NCBI RefSeq assembly: GCF_051858775.1
Contig: NZ_CP135595.1
Direction: 5' to 3' (one strand)
DNA: 32,000 bases
Origin: Escherichia coli
GTDB lineage: Bacteria > Pseudomonadota > Gammaproteobacteria > Enterobacterales > Enterobacteriaceae
Of this stretch, positions 22,830 through 32,000 are shown piece after piece (the first letter of the stretch is position 1; each line of letters begins with the position of its first letter). Below the pieces are notes generated by a model. The model was not told where the DNA came from, searched no databases, and saw nothing but the letters and a program-made list of their open reading frames with translations. The position numbers and the translations under genes were made by a program.

Positions 22830-24149
22830 ATGTTGCCGTTTCTGAAAGCGCCTGCCGATGCGCCATTAATGACTGACAAACATGAAATTGATGCACGCTA
22901 TCGCTACTGGCGTCGGCATATTCTGCTGACCATCTGGCTGGGTTACGCGCTGTTTTACTTCACGCGGAAAAGTTTTAACGCCGCCGTACCAGAAATCCTT
23001 GCTAACGGCGTGCTCAGCCGTAGCGATATCGGCCTGTTAGCGACCCTGTTTTACATTACTTACGGCGTGTCGAAGTTTGTCTCCGGCATTGTCAGCGATC
23101 GCTCAAATGCCCGTTATTTTATGGGGATAGGGCTTATCGCCACGGGCATTATCAACATTCTGTTTGGCTTCTCGACGTCGCTATGGGCGTTTGCCGTACT
23201 CTGGGTGCTGAACGCCTTTTTCCAGGGCTGGGGTTCACCGGTGTGTGCGCGTCTGTTAACCGCCTGGTATTCTCGTACCGAGCGCGGCGGTTGGTGGGCA
23301 TTATGGAACACGGCGCATAACGTCGGCGGCGCACTCATTCCCATTGTGATGGCAGCGGCTGCACTACATTACGGCTGGCGTGCCGGGATGATGATTGCTG
23401 GTTGTATGGCGATCGTCGTGGGGATTTTTCTCTGCTGGCGGCTGCGCGATCGCCCGCAGGCGTTAGGTTTACCGGCGGTCGGTGAATGGCGGCACGACGC
23501 GCTGGAGATTGCTCAACAACAAGAAGGGGCAGGGCTGACGCGTAAAGAGATCCTCACCAAGTATGTGTTACTGAATCCGTATATCTGGCTGCTTTCGTTT
23601 TGCTATGTGCTGGTCTATGTGGTCCGGGCGGCAATCAACGACTGGGGCAATTTGTATATGTCCGAGACGCTGGGCGTCGATCTGGTCACGGCGAATACGG
23701 CAGTGACGATGTTTGAACTGGGCGGATTTATCGGTGCGCTGGTAGCCGGTTGGGGCTCGGACAAATTGTTTAACGGCAACCGTGGGCCGATGAATTTGAT
23801 TTTCGCCGCCGGAATTTTGCTTTCAGTCGGCTCGCTGTGGCTGATGCCATTTGCCAGCTACGTGATGCAGGCAACCTGCTTCTTCACTATTGGTTTTTTT
23901 GTCTTTGGCCCGCAGATGTTAATCGGCATGGCGGCGGCAGAGTGTTCCCACAAAGAGGCGGCAGGGGCGGCGACGGGGTTTGTCGGCTTGTTTGCTTATC
24001 TGGGGGCGTCGCTTGCTGGTTGGCCGCTGGCGAAAGTACTCGATACCTGGCACTGGAGCGGTTTTTTTGTGGTTATCTCTATTGCCGCCGGGATTTCCGC
24101 ACTGCTGTTACTGCCCTTTTTGAACGCCCAGGCACCGCGCGAAGCGTGA
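22830..24149 (+). CDS. uhpC: Membrane sensor UhpC (OPA-family MFS, glucose-6-phosphate sensing)
   Basis: MLPFLKAPADAPLMTDKHEIDARYRYWRRHILLTIWLGYALFYFTRKSFNAAVPEI... Confidence 0.97.
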   Translation: MLPFLKAPADAPLMTDKHEIDARYRYWRRHILLTIWLGYALFYFTRKSFNAAVPEILANGVLSRSDIGLLATLFYITYGVSKFVSGIVSDRSNARYFMGIGLIATGIINILFGFSTSLWAFAVLWVLNAFFQGWGSPVCARLLTAWYSRTERGGWWALWNTAHNVGGALIPIVMAAAALHYGWRAGMMIAGCMAIVVGIFLCWRLRDRPQALGLPAVGEWRHDALEIAQQQEGAGLTRKEILTKYVLLNPYIWLLSFCYVLVYVVRAAINDWGNLYMSETLGVDLVTANTAVTMFELGGFIGALVAGWGSDKLFNGNRGPMNLIFAAGILLSVGSLWLMPFASYVMQATCFFTIGFFVFGPQMLIGMAAAECSHKEAAGAATGFVGLFAYLGASLAGWPLAKVLDTWHWSGFFVVISIAAGISALLLLPFLNAQAPREA

Positions 24150-24176
24150 TGCATCTCACCTTTTCACTTCATATCC

Positions 24177-24210
24177 GGCAAAACTAAGAAATTTTCCAGG
24201 TTTTGCCTGG
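24177..24210. promoter_or_regulatory. Inverted repeats upstream of uhpT, candidate UhpA-binding region of the uhpT promoter
   Basis: GGCAAAAC (24177..24184) with GTTTTGCC (24200..24207), overlapping CCAGG-TTTTG-CCTGG (24196..24210). Position fits regulation of uhpT; UhpA binding is inferred. Confidence 0.45.
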
Positions 24211-24286
24211 ACGCTATCTCAGGCCTGATTTGCTGCTGATTTTTACAATGCATGCCTCACGCAGGTATTCATTTCAGGAGTAACCC

Positions 24287-25678
24287 ATGCTGGCTTTCTT
24301 AAACCAGGTCCGCAAGCCGACCCTGGACCTTCCGCTCGAAGTGCGGCGCAAAATGTGGTTCAAACCGTTCATGCAATCCTACCTGGTGGTCTTTATCGGC
24401 TACCTGACGATGTACCTGATTCGCAAGAACTTTAACATCGCGCAGAACGATATGATTTCGACCTACGGGTTGAGCATGACGCAGCTGGGGATGATCGGCC
24501 TGGGTTTCTCCATCACTTATGGCGTGGGTAAAACGCTGGTTTCCTACTACGCCGACGGCAAAAACACCAAACAATTCCTGCCGTTCATGCTGATCCTGTC
24601 TGCCATTTGTATGCTGGGCTTCAGCGCCAGTATGGGCAGCGGCTCGGTTAGCCTGTTCCTGATGATTGCCTTCTACGCCTTAAGCGGCTTTTTCCAGAGC
24701 ACCGGCGGTTCGTGCAGTTACTCCACCATCACCAAATGGACGCCGCGTCGTAAGCGCGGGACCTTCCTCGGTTTCTGGAACATTTCTCACAACCTTGGCG
24801 GTGCAGGTGCAGCAGGTGTGGCGCTGTTCGGCGCAAATTACCTGTTCGATGGTCATGTTATCGGCATGTTTATCTTCCCGTCGATTATCGCGCTGATTGT
24901 CGGTTTTATCGGCCTGCGTTACGGCAGCGACTCCCCGGAATCTTATGGCCTCGGCAAAGCTGAAGAACTGTTTGGCGAGGAGATCAGCGAAGAGGATAAA
25001 GAGACAGAATCTACCGATATGACCAAGTGGCAGATCTTTGTTGAGTACGTGCTGAAAAACAAAGTGATCTGGCTGCTGTGCTTCGCCAACATTTTCCTCT
25101 ATGTGGTACGTATTGGTATCGACCAGTGGTCAACCGTATACGCGTTCCAGGAACTGAAACTCTCTAAAGCGGTGGCGATTCAGGGCTTTACGCTGTTTGA
25201 AGCTGGTGCGCTGGTCGGTACGCTGCTGTGGGGCTGGCTCTCTGACCTGGCGAACGGTCGCCGTGGCCTGGTGGCCTGCATCGCGCTGGCGCTGATTATC
25301 GCCACGCTCGGTGTGTATCAACATGCCAGCAACGAATATATCTATCTGGCTTCTCTCTTTGCGTTGGGTTTCCTGGTCTTTGGCCCGCAATTGTTGATTG
25401 GTGTGGCTGCTGTTGGTTTTGTACCTAAAAAAGCGATTGGTGCTGCCGATGGTATTAAAGGCACCTTTGCTTACCTGATTGGTGACAGCTTTGCCAAGTT
25501 AGGTCTGGGAATGATTGCCGATGGGACGCCGGTATTCGGCCTTACCGGCTGGGCAGGCACCTTCGCCGCGCTGGATATCGCCGCGATTGGTTGTATCTGC
25601 CTGATGGCGATAGTGGCGGTGATGGAAGAACGCAAAATCCGCCGCGAGAAAAAAATTCAGCAGTTGACAGTGGCATAA
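24287..25678 (+). CDS. uhpT: Hexose-6-phosphate:phosphate antiporter UhpT
   Basis: [56 protein letters not shown]...; 463 aa. Confidence 0.98.
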
Positions 25679-25696
25679 ACGTAACTGGTGACTTTT

Positions 25697-25722
25697 GCCC
25701 GGCATGACGCCGGGCTTTTTTT
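25697..25722 (+). terminator. Rho-independent terminator after uhpT
   Basis: GCCCGGC-ATGAC-GCCGGGC-TTTTTTT. Confidence 0.92.
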
Positions 25723-25794
25723 ATTCAATTTGACCAGATTAACGCCTGGGGGAGTTTTCCAGATATCATCAAAAGTTGATGCGCAGGAGAACGC

Positions 25795-26247
25795 ATGATC
25801 TGGATAATGCTTGCCACCGTCGTGGTGGTGTTTGTGGTTGGTTTTCGGGTTCTGACGTCAGGCACCCGACGGGCGATTCGCCGTTTAAGCGAACGACTTA
25901 ATATTGATGTTGTACCCGTAGAATCGATGATCGATCAGATGGGTAAAATGCCTGGTAAAGAGTTTTTGTATTATTTGCATCGCCCGGATGAATCTCATCT
26001 GCAAAATGCTGCTCAGGTGTTACTTATCTGGCAAATTGTGATTGTCGATGGTAGTGAGCAGAACCTGTTACGTTGGCATCGGTTGTTGCAAAAAGCGCGT
26101 CTTGCTGCGCCGATCACGGATGCCCAGGTCCGTCAGGCGCTGGGTTTACTCCGTGAGTTAGAGCCAGATATGCAGGAGATTAATGCCTTCCAAATGCGCT
26201 ATAACGCCCTCTTCCAGCCAGAAGAAGGCGTGTTTTGGTTGCATTAA
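25795..26247 (+). CDS. yicN: DUF1198-family protein YicN
   Basis: MIWIMLATVVVVFVVGFRVLTSGTRRAIRRLSERLNIDVVPVESMIDQMGK...; 150 aa, resembles YicN from memory. Confidence 0.85.
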   Translation: MIWIMLATVVVVFVVGFRVLTSGTRRAIRRLSERLNIDVVPVESMIDQMGKMPGKEFLYYLHRPDESHLQNAAQVLLIWQIVIVDGSEQNLLRWHRLLQKARLAAPITDAQVRQALGLLRELEPDMQEINAFQMRYNALFQPEEGVFWLH

Positions 26248-26265
26248 CTCAATGTGAGTGGCCTG

Positions 26266-27645
26266 TCAGAACCAAGCTTCCCACATCGCGCCAAGGTTAA
26301 AGTCGTCAAGCGTTTCCTCTTTTGTACCGTTGACGCGTGCAGTCCGGTCATTATCAACTTGCCCGCCCGTCATGTAGAAACGTAGCATTGGGCGGAATTC
26401 CGGGCCCATCGCAATAGAAATGTTCTGTGACAGCGTCAGCTTCCAGCCGGAATTATCTCCGCCTTTATCATAATCAACCCGTTGATAACCCGCCTCAAGC
26501 CAGGTGGAGTGAACGTCATTCCAGAAATACATAGGACGGACAATTACGCCATAGTTTTTGCGGTTATCACTCTTAATAGAACTGTTGTCGTAATCATGGA
26601 AGGCTAGTAAATACTCGATTTGCGCCTGCTGGGTAAATTTATGACTACCTTCAAAACTGGCGTAAATTGTCGTGAGATCGTCAGTTTTATTGTAAACACT
26701 GTTATCGGAATTATCAGAGTAGCGGGCAATGACTTTATTCACTCCGCTGTCATTGCTATGGCTTACAACAAATGCCCCCTGCCAGGCTTTCAGTTTGTCT
26801 TCACCTTCGACCGCTTTTGAGTCGAAGCCGTAGTTAGCGTACAACTCAAGATCCAGTGGCCCCAGTTTCATACCATGAATTTTGGACGTTATCGCATAAT
26901 TGCCTTTGTCGCCCGTTCCTGACCCGCCAGTACAGGTAATGCGTGATGGATTGGTCTCATCCTCCATCACTTCAGGATTACAGGATTCAACCGCTGCGAC
27001 AGTAGCAAGGTCAAACTTGATGCCACCAATGTCGAAATTTTTCACCCCGGCACCCTGACCATCGTGAGTCATCCAGAAGTAGTCATTAATGCCCTGTTGC
27101 GGGCGCTGGTGGAAGTCACGACCAGCCCAGATATAGGCGTCAGGATTGGATGCCAAAACATTGGTGACACCAGCGTAGGCTTTTTTCAGGTTAACTTCGT
27201 CGCCCCAGTGATCAATCATGACATTGACATCCCAGATTGCGCCGTTATCGCTCTTGAAGGCTTTTGATAACTGAAACTCTCCGCCATTACCTTCGTTCCC
27301 CAGACGACCAATTGCAGATGCACCATTATAGGAGCCGTCTACAGCAACATATTTTTGATCGCCGCTTTGAAAATGAGCCCCATAACGGGCATAACCACTA
27401 AATTTCACGCCAAAGGGAATTGCCATATCCGGAGACTGCGCAGCACTTTCCGGTTCGTTAATCACATCCACTTTTTTCGCTGCCGCGGCATCCATTTTTT
27501 CTTGCCTTTCGGCTAATGCTTTATCGACGGCTTTTGCCACAATGGCGTCTATTTGTTCCTGAGTAAATTCCTGAGCCTGGGCAGATATTGAGTACAAAGC
27601 GGCAATAACCGCCAGGGTAACTGGAAGTGTATTTATCTTTTTCAT
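26266..27645 (-). CDS. LamB/ScrY/BglH-type carbohydrate porin
   Basis: Signal peptide MKKINTLPVTLAVIAALYSISAQAQ, helical linker QIDAIVAKAVDKALAERQEKMD, then FGVKFSGYARYGAHFQSGD... and a C-terminal ...NLGAMWEAWF ending in Phe; 459 aa. Confidence 0.9.
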   Translation of the reverse strand: MKKINTLPVTLAVIAALYSISAQAQEFTQEQIDAIVAKAVDKALAERQEKMDAAAAKKVDVINEPESAAQSPDMAIPFGVKFSGYARYGAHFQSGDQKYVAVDGSYNGASAIGRLGNEGNGGEFQLSKAFKSDNGAIWDVNVMIDHWGDEVNLKKAYAGVTNVLASNPDAYIWAGRDFHQRPQQGINDYFWMTHDGQGAGVKNFDIGGIKFDLATVAAVESCNPEVMEDETNPSRITCTGGSGTGDKGNYAITSKIHGMKLGPLDLELYANYGFDSKAVEGEDKLKAWQGAFVVSHSNDSGVNKVIARYSDNSDNSVYNKTDDLTTIYASFEGSHKFTQQAQIEYLLAFHDYDNSSIKSDNRKNYGVIVRPMYFWNDVHSTWLEAGYQRVDYDKGGDNSGWKLTLSQNISIAMGPEFRPMLRFYMTGGQVDNDRTARVNGTKEETLDDFNLGAMWEAWF

Positions 27646-27844
27646 GATTATCTCACGCACACGTTATAATTCATTATGCGTTGGGCATAATAAATATAAG
27701 GTGTGTATTAATTCGTTTTATGATAATAAGCAGCCTGTTTCAGCTTGTTTTTAACTACCGAAACAGGTGGTTTATCTATTTTATTCTTGGGTAAAGCAGA
27801 GGTTTTATTTTATCAAATAGATGTTCCTCATAAGCATTAATCAA

Positions 27845-28147
27845 TTATCTTTGATAAAGATGAATTATTTCTTCTGCTAATTCTCGTGCCAGCATTGATG
27901 TCATTAAATGATCCTGTGCATGTACCATAATTAATGTCATTGGCTGTCGGGCCTCACCAGCATCCTGTTCGATCAATTTGGTTTGCATATGGTGAGCCTG
28001 ACGCGAATAACCGTCAGCTTCACGCAGCAGCTGTTTGGCTTCATCAAAGTTCCCGGCACGTGCCGCGTGTAACGCTTCAAAACAGAGGCTGCGTGACTGG
28101 CCGGCATTGACGATTATTTCCATAACCGCATCTTCTAATTCGATCAT
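27845..28147 (-). CDS. PTS lactose/cellobiose-family EIIA
   Basis: MIELEDAVMEIIVNAGQSRSLCFEALHAARAGNFDEAKQLLREADGYSRQAHHMQTKLIEQDAGE...LMTSMLARELAEEIIHLY; 100 aa. Confidence 0.93.
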   Translation of the reverse strand: MIELEDAVMEIIVNAGQSRSLCFEALHAARAGNFDEAKQLLREADGYSRQAHHMQTKLIEQDAGEARQPMTLIMVHAQDHLMTSMLARELAEEIIHLYQR

Positions 28148-29541
28148 TTTTGTTTCTCGCAATCAAAACCGTTATTTTCTGCAACTGTCGCAAACCACTC
28201 ACCACTTTTTTTAATCGTGCGTGTTTGCGTTTCCAGATCAAGCTGAACAAATCCATATCGATTTTTATAAGCATTAAGCCATGACCAGTTATCGATAAAC
28301 GTCCACATATGATAGCCAAGGCAATTACACCCTTCGCTAATTCCTTTATGCAGCCATTTTAAATGTTCAGCGACAAATTCAATACGATAGCTATCGTTGA
28401 CTTGCCCTTCCTGAATAAAGCGTTGCTCGTTTTCTACACCCATCCCATTTTCAGAAATAAAACAACGAGGATTACCATAATTATCGCGAAGATTGGTGAT
28501 GATATCGTAAATACCGGGTTCATAAATTTCCCATCCCCGATAAGGATTCATTTTTCGCCCAGGCATCTCGTAATAGTCAAATAACCACTCCGGCATAAAA
28601 GGGGCATTGGGGTTTACGGCGCTATCCCGGCATTTAACTCGTCGGGGTTGATAATAATTTATCCCCAGCAGGTCGATTTTTCCGTCGGCGATTAGCTGAC
28701 TATCGTCAGGCTGGCATTGCGGCAACTGATCGTACTCTTTCAGTAATGCTACAAGGTCTGCCGGGTATTCCCCTTTTAGCACCGGATCGAGGAAGCTGCG
28801 GTTAAACAGAAGGTCAGCGCAGTGTGCGGCTTTAACATCAGCCGGATTTTGCGAGCGCGGATAAGAAGGCGTCAGGTTGAGCACCACGCCAATTTCACCT
28901 TCAAAATTACCCTGACGAAATGCCCGAACTGCCGTGGCGTGCGCAAGAACAGTATGATAAGCCACTGTCGCAGCACGTTTAAAATCAACAACGTTCGGAT
29001 AATGGAAGTCATATAAATAACCGCCCTCTACCGGCACAATCGGTTCGTTAAAGGTAAACCAGTGCTTCACTCTGTTGCCGAACAGTTCAAAGCAGGTACG
29101 GGCATATTCACCAAAAGCTTCTACGACTTCCCGACTCTCCCAGCCACCTTTTTCCTGCATCACCATCGGCATATCAAAGTGGAACAAGGTGATAAACGGT
29201 GCGATGCCCTGCGCCAGCAGCTCATCGATGACATTGTTATAGAACGCCACCGCTTCAGGATTTACGTCACCAGTACTGTCTGGTATCAGGCGAGACCAGC
29301 TTAACGAGGTGCGAAAACTGTTATGTTTTAACTGTTTCAGCAGGGAAATATCTTGTTGCCAGTGTTGATAAAAGGTTGATGTGTTCGCCGGGCCAATACC
29401 TTGATGGAAGCGGCCTGGCTGGCGTTCGAACCATACATCCCAGGTGGTTTGGCTTTTGCCGCCGTTCAGACTATCCCCTTCGGTTTGCAGCGCAGAGCAG
29501 GCACTCCCCCACCAGAAGTTGTCGGGAAAACGGTATCTCAT
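28144..29541 (-). CDS. GH1-family 6-phospho-beta-glucosidase
   Basis: MRYRFPDNFWWGSACSALQTEG...WFTFNEPIVPVEGGY...CFISENGMGVENEQRFIQEG: GH1 acid/base NEP and nucleophile SENG motifs. Start at MRYRF (465 aa). Confidence 0.93.
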   Translation of the reverse strand: MRYRFPDNFWWGSACSALQTEGDSLNGGKSQTTWDVWFERQPGRFHQGIGPANTSTFYQHWQQDISLLKQLKHNSFRTSLSWSRLIPDSTGDVNPEAVAFYNNVIDELLAQGIAPFITLFHFDMPMVMQEKGGWESREVVEAFGEYARTCFELFGNRVKHWFTFNEPIVPVEGGYLYDFHYPNVVDFKRAATVAYHTVLAHATAVRAFRQGNFEGEIGVVLNLTPSYPRSQNPADVKAAHCADLLFNRSFLDPVLKGEYPADLVALLKEYDQLPQCQPDDSQLIADGKIDLLGINYYQPRRVKCRDSAVNPNAPFMPEWLFDYYEMPGRKMNPYRGWEIYEPGIYDIITNLRDNYGNPRCFISENGMGVENEQRFIQEGQVNDSYRIEFVAEHLKWLHKGISEGCNCLGYHMWTFIDNWSWLNAYKNRYGFVQLDLETQTRTIKKSGEWFATVAENNGFDCEKQK

Positions 29542-29561
29542 TGTTCTTACTCCTTGATTCA

Positions 29562-30893
29562 TTATGAGTTGCTACGGGCTGCATTGGCCACGGAGACGGT
29601 ATCCTGCGCTTTTTGTTCTTCGCTTTTCAGCAATGAGCGTTCATAGGCGCGCAAGAATGGGAGGTACATCAGCGCCGACATCACCATACAGATAATGCAC
29701 ATCACCACTGGGCTAAGTGCCCAGTTGGCAGCCCAGGAGGCACCAATTGGAGCAGGTGTGGTCCATGGCGTTAATGAGACAACCTGTGCCAGCCAGCCCA
29801 GTCTGGTCGCGGTATAGGCCAGGATGGCGTTAATAATTGGCACGAAAACGAACGGGATAAACAACATCGGATTCATGATGATCGGCGCACCGAACAGAAT
29901 AGGCTCATTGATGTTGAAAAAACTGGGGACAACGCCCATTTTTCCGATGGTACGCAAGTGAGCAACGCGGCTGCGTAACAGCAAGAACGCCAGCGGTAGC
30001 GTCGAGCCGACGCCGCCAATCAGCAGGTAGTGATCCCAAAAACCTTGCAGATAAACGTGAGGAAGTGCTGCGCCAGCGGCAAGAGCTGCCTGATTTGCCG
30101 ACAGGTTTGCCATCCAGAAGGGATTCATGATGCCTGTTACAATCAGTGAACCATGAATACCTGCGAACCAGAAAATCTGACACATCAGAACAGACAGCAG
30201 AATTGCAGGCAGGGAATCAGAGGCAGAGACCAGTGGCGCTAAAAGATGCATGATCTCCTCAGGAATAATCATTCCAGTCTGGGCTTCAATAAACAGATTC
30301 AGTGGGTGTAGCGTAGCAATGACCACCAGAACCGGGATAAGGATCTCAAAGGAACGCGCCACCCCAGTAGGGACTTCTTTGGGTAAGCGGATTGTCACGT
30401 TGTGTTGTTTTAACCAGGCGTATACACGAGTGGCATAAATCGCGGTAATCAGCGAAGTGAAAATACCTTGCCCGGAAAGATATTGAGTCGATATTTTGCC
30501 GTCAGCATAAGGCGCTGCGACCAGTAAAAATGCCATAAATGCCAGCAAGCCAGACATAATCGGATCGAGATTAAACTGTCGCCCAAGGCTGGCACCGATC
30601 CCCACTGAGATGAAGAAAGTCATCACCCCCATGCTGAGGTTAAATGGCAACATTAGCTGTTCACGGTAGGTAGCGGAGAAATCCAGCCAGCCTCGGGCAA
30701 AACTGTTGGTTGTTTCAGCCGAAAACGGTGGGAAAATGAACACCAGCATAAACGAACCGATGATCATAAACGGTAGAGCGGCAGTAAAACCGTCCCGGAT
30801 GGCAATCACATATTTTTGCTGCCCCAGCTTCCCGGCAAGCGGTGTGATGGATTGTTCAATAACGGCAACCATTGATTGATATAACGAACTCAT
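29562..30893 (-). CDS. PTS lactose/cellobiose-family EIIC permease
   Basis: MSSLYQSMVAVIEQSITPLAGKLGQQKYVIAIRDGFTAALPFMIIGSFMLVFIFPPF...FNINEPILFGAPIIMNPMLFIPF; 443 aa. Confidence 0.94.
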   Translation of the reverse strand: MSSLYQSMVAVIEQSITPLAGKLGQQKYVIAIRDGFTAALPFMIIGSFMLVFIFPPFSAETTNSFARGWLDFSATYREQLMLPFNLSMGVMTFFISVGIGASLGRQFNLDPIMSGLLAFMAFLLVAAPYADGKISTQYLSGQGIFTSLITAIYATRVYAWLKQHNVTIRLPKEVPTGVARSFEILIPVLVVIATLHPLNLFIEAQTGMIIPEEIMHLLAPLVSASDSLPAILLSVLMCQIFWFAGIHGSLIVTGIMNPFWMANLSANQAALAAGAALPHVYLQGFWDHYLLIGGVGSTLPLAFLLLRSRVAHLRTIGKMGVVPSFFNINEPILFGAPIIMNPMLFIPFVFVPIINAILAYTATRLGWLAQVVSLTPWTTPAPIGASWAANWALSPVVMCIICMVMSALMYLPFLRAYERSLLKSEEQKAQDTVSVANAARSNS

Positions 30894-30905
30894 AATGACA
30901 CCTTT

Positions 30906-31220
30906 CTAATGTGTCGCTGCAATGAGCGACAGAGCGTAATCCAGCACCTTGTCACCCCGTTGCATTCCGTAGTCCGCCATATCAATGGCTTTTACGGGTA
31001 TTCCCTGGGGGGCGGCCTTTTCTGCGAGCATGTTTAACATATACTTTACCTGCGGTCCGAGTAGCACCACCTGATATTTTGGAAACTGAATATCAAATTC
31101 GGAAACTCCGTAGGCATCTATCTCTACCGGTAGCTCTCTGCTTTCTGCGGCCTCGACCATTTTTTTCACCAGCAGACTGGTTGACATCCCCGCAGAGCAA
31201 CACAACATAATCCTGACCAT
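30906..31220 (-). CDS. PTS lactose/cellobiose-family EIIB
   Basis: MVRIMLCCSAGMSTSLLVKKMVEAAESRELPVEIDAYGVSEF: Cys phosphorylation-site loop CSAGMSTSLL. GAGG ribosome binding site 9 nt upstream of this ATG. Confidence 0.92.
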   Translation of the reverse strand: MVRIMLCCSAGMSTSLLVKKMVEAAESRELPVEIDAYGVSEFDIQFPKYQVVLLGPQVKYMLNMLAEKAAPQGIPVKAIDMADYGMQRGDKVLDYALSLIAATH

Positions 31221-31275
31221 CTGACACATCCTCTGAATGTAAAAATCTATTTCGCAATTGATTTGATATCATTTG

Positions 31276-31291
31276 GAAACCGGTTTCCATT
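31276..31291. promoter_or_regulatory. Candidate LacI-family operator O1
   Basis: TGGAAACCGGTTTCCA, 16-bp perfect palindrome in the divergent promoter region, resembling LacI/GalR-family operators with central CG. Confidence 0.75.
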
Positions 31292-31396
31292 CATGGAAAA
31301 ATAAACTGTGACGGCTATCAGATTTCGCTATAAAGTCGCGTTATTATTTCGATTCTGTTCACATATTTACCATTATTAGCTCAGTTTTGAGATGCC

Positions 31397-31415
31397 ATGG
31401 AAAATCGGTTTCCAT
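31397..31415. promoter_or_regulatory. Candidate LacI-family operator O2
   Basis: ATGGAAAATCGGTTTCCAT, near-palindromic with the same half-sites as O1 (GGAAA...TTTCC). Confidence 0.7.
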
Positions 31416-31511
31416 TAGAAAACGGAAACAGTTATACTGCGAACGGCTAATATTTAAGCCAACAGGAATTCAGGATTGTGGGAGCCAGGGCCGCTCTGTC
31501 AGGGGAGAATG

Positions 31512-32000
31512 ATGTCTACTATCAATGATGTATCGCGTTTGGCTGGCGTTTCAAAAGCGACGGTTTCTCGGGTGTTGAGCGGATCGCGTGGTGTTAAAGA
31601 AGCCAGCCGTCTCGCGGTATTGAAAGCCGTCGAAGAGCTAAACTATCGTCCCAATGTCATTGCGCAGTCACTGCTGACGCAATCTACGGGCTGTATCGGT
31701 GTAATTTGTGCTCAGGAAAACATTAATCAGACCACCGGTTATCTTTACGCTCTGGAAAAACATCTCAGCCAGCATCAAAAACATCTACTTCTTCGCTTCG
31801 CCAGCAATAAAGCCGAGGTAAAGAACGCCCTTGATGAGCTGAGCTGTGGTTTGTGTGATGACGTACTGATTATTGGTGCGCGTTTCCCACTGAATATTCA
31901 TCAGGAAAACGTGATACTGGTGGACTGCCTTGAGACGGGTAATGATGTTAACAGTATTCAGTTCGATCACACATTCGCGACTGAAACCGCTTGTAACTAT
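31512..32000 (+). CDS. LacI/GalR-family transcriptional regulator, truncated by the window end
   Basis: MSTINDVSRLAGVSKATVSRVLSGSRGVKEASRLAVLKAVEELNYRPNVIAQSLLTQSTGCIGVI...: classical LacI HTH. The frame stays open to base 32000. Confidence 0.93.
   Translation, partial: MSTINDVSRLAGVSKATVSRVLSGSRGVKEASRLAVLKAVEELNYRPNVIAQSLLTQSTGCIGVICAQENINQTTGYLYALEKHLSQHQKHLLLRFASNKAEVKNALDELSCGLCDDVLIIGARFPLNIHQENVILVDCLETGNDVNSIQFDHTFATETACNY

Noticed and set aside
29905-30183. Additional minus-strand ORF inside the EIIC gene
   Set aside because: Out-of-frame ORF within a well-supported EIIC coding sequence.
26266-32000. Assignment to the named bgc operon
   Set aside because: The bgc regulator is described as GntR-type, while this locus has a LacI-type regulator. 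Gene symbols were therefore left blank.

Overview
This window matches an Escherichia coli (or very close relative) chromosome around the ibpAB / glv / yid / emrD / tisB-istR / ilvBN / uhpABCT region. It is drawn reversed relative to the usual K-12 orientation. Core features in order are ibpA (first base missing), ibpB, yidE, yidP, an apparently intact glvC(B)-glvG pair, yidL, yidK, yidJ, yidI, yidH, yidG, yidF, emrD, tisB with istR and a LexA box, ivbL with its attenuator, ilvB, ilvN, uhpA, uhpB, uhpC, uhpT and yicN. Two stretches look accessory. The first (about 17.28-20.63 kb, between ilvN and uhpA) is AT-rich and encodes two large, mutually similar proteins of unknown function. The first of these genes is bracketed by a 19-bp direct repeat. 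The second (26.27 kb to the window end, next to yicN) is a beta-glucoside/cellobiose-type PTS operon: EIIB, EIIC, GH1 phospho-beta-glucosidase, EIIA and a LamB/ScrY-like porin. It is transcribed divergently from a LacI-family regulator, and two LacI-type palindromes lie in the divergent promoter region. The paralogous unknown pair is the best candidate for something poorly characterised. All family calls come from reading the sequence and from memory; no searches were run.
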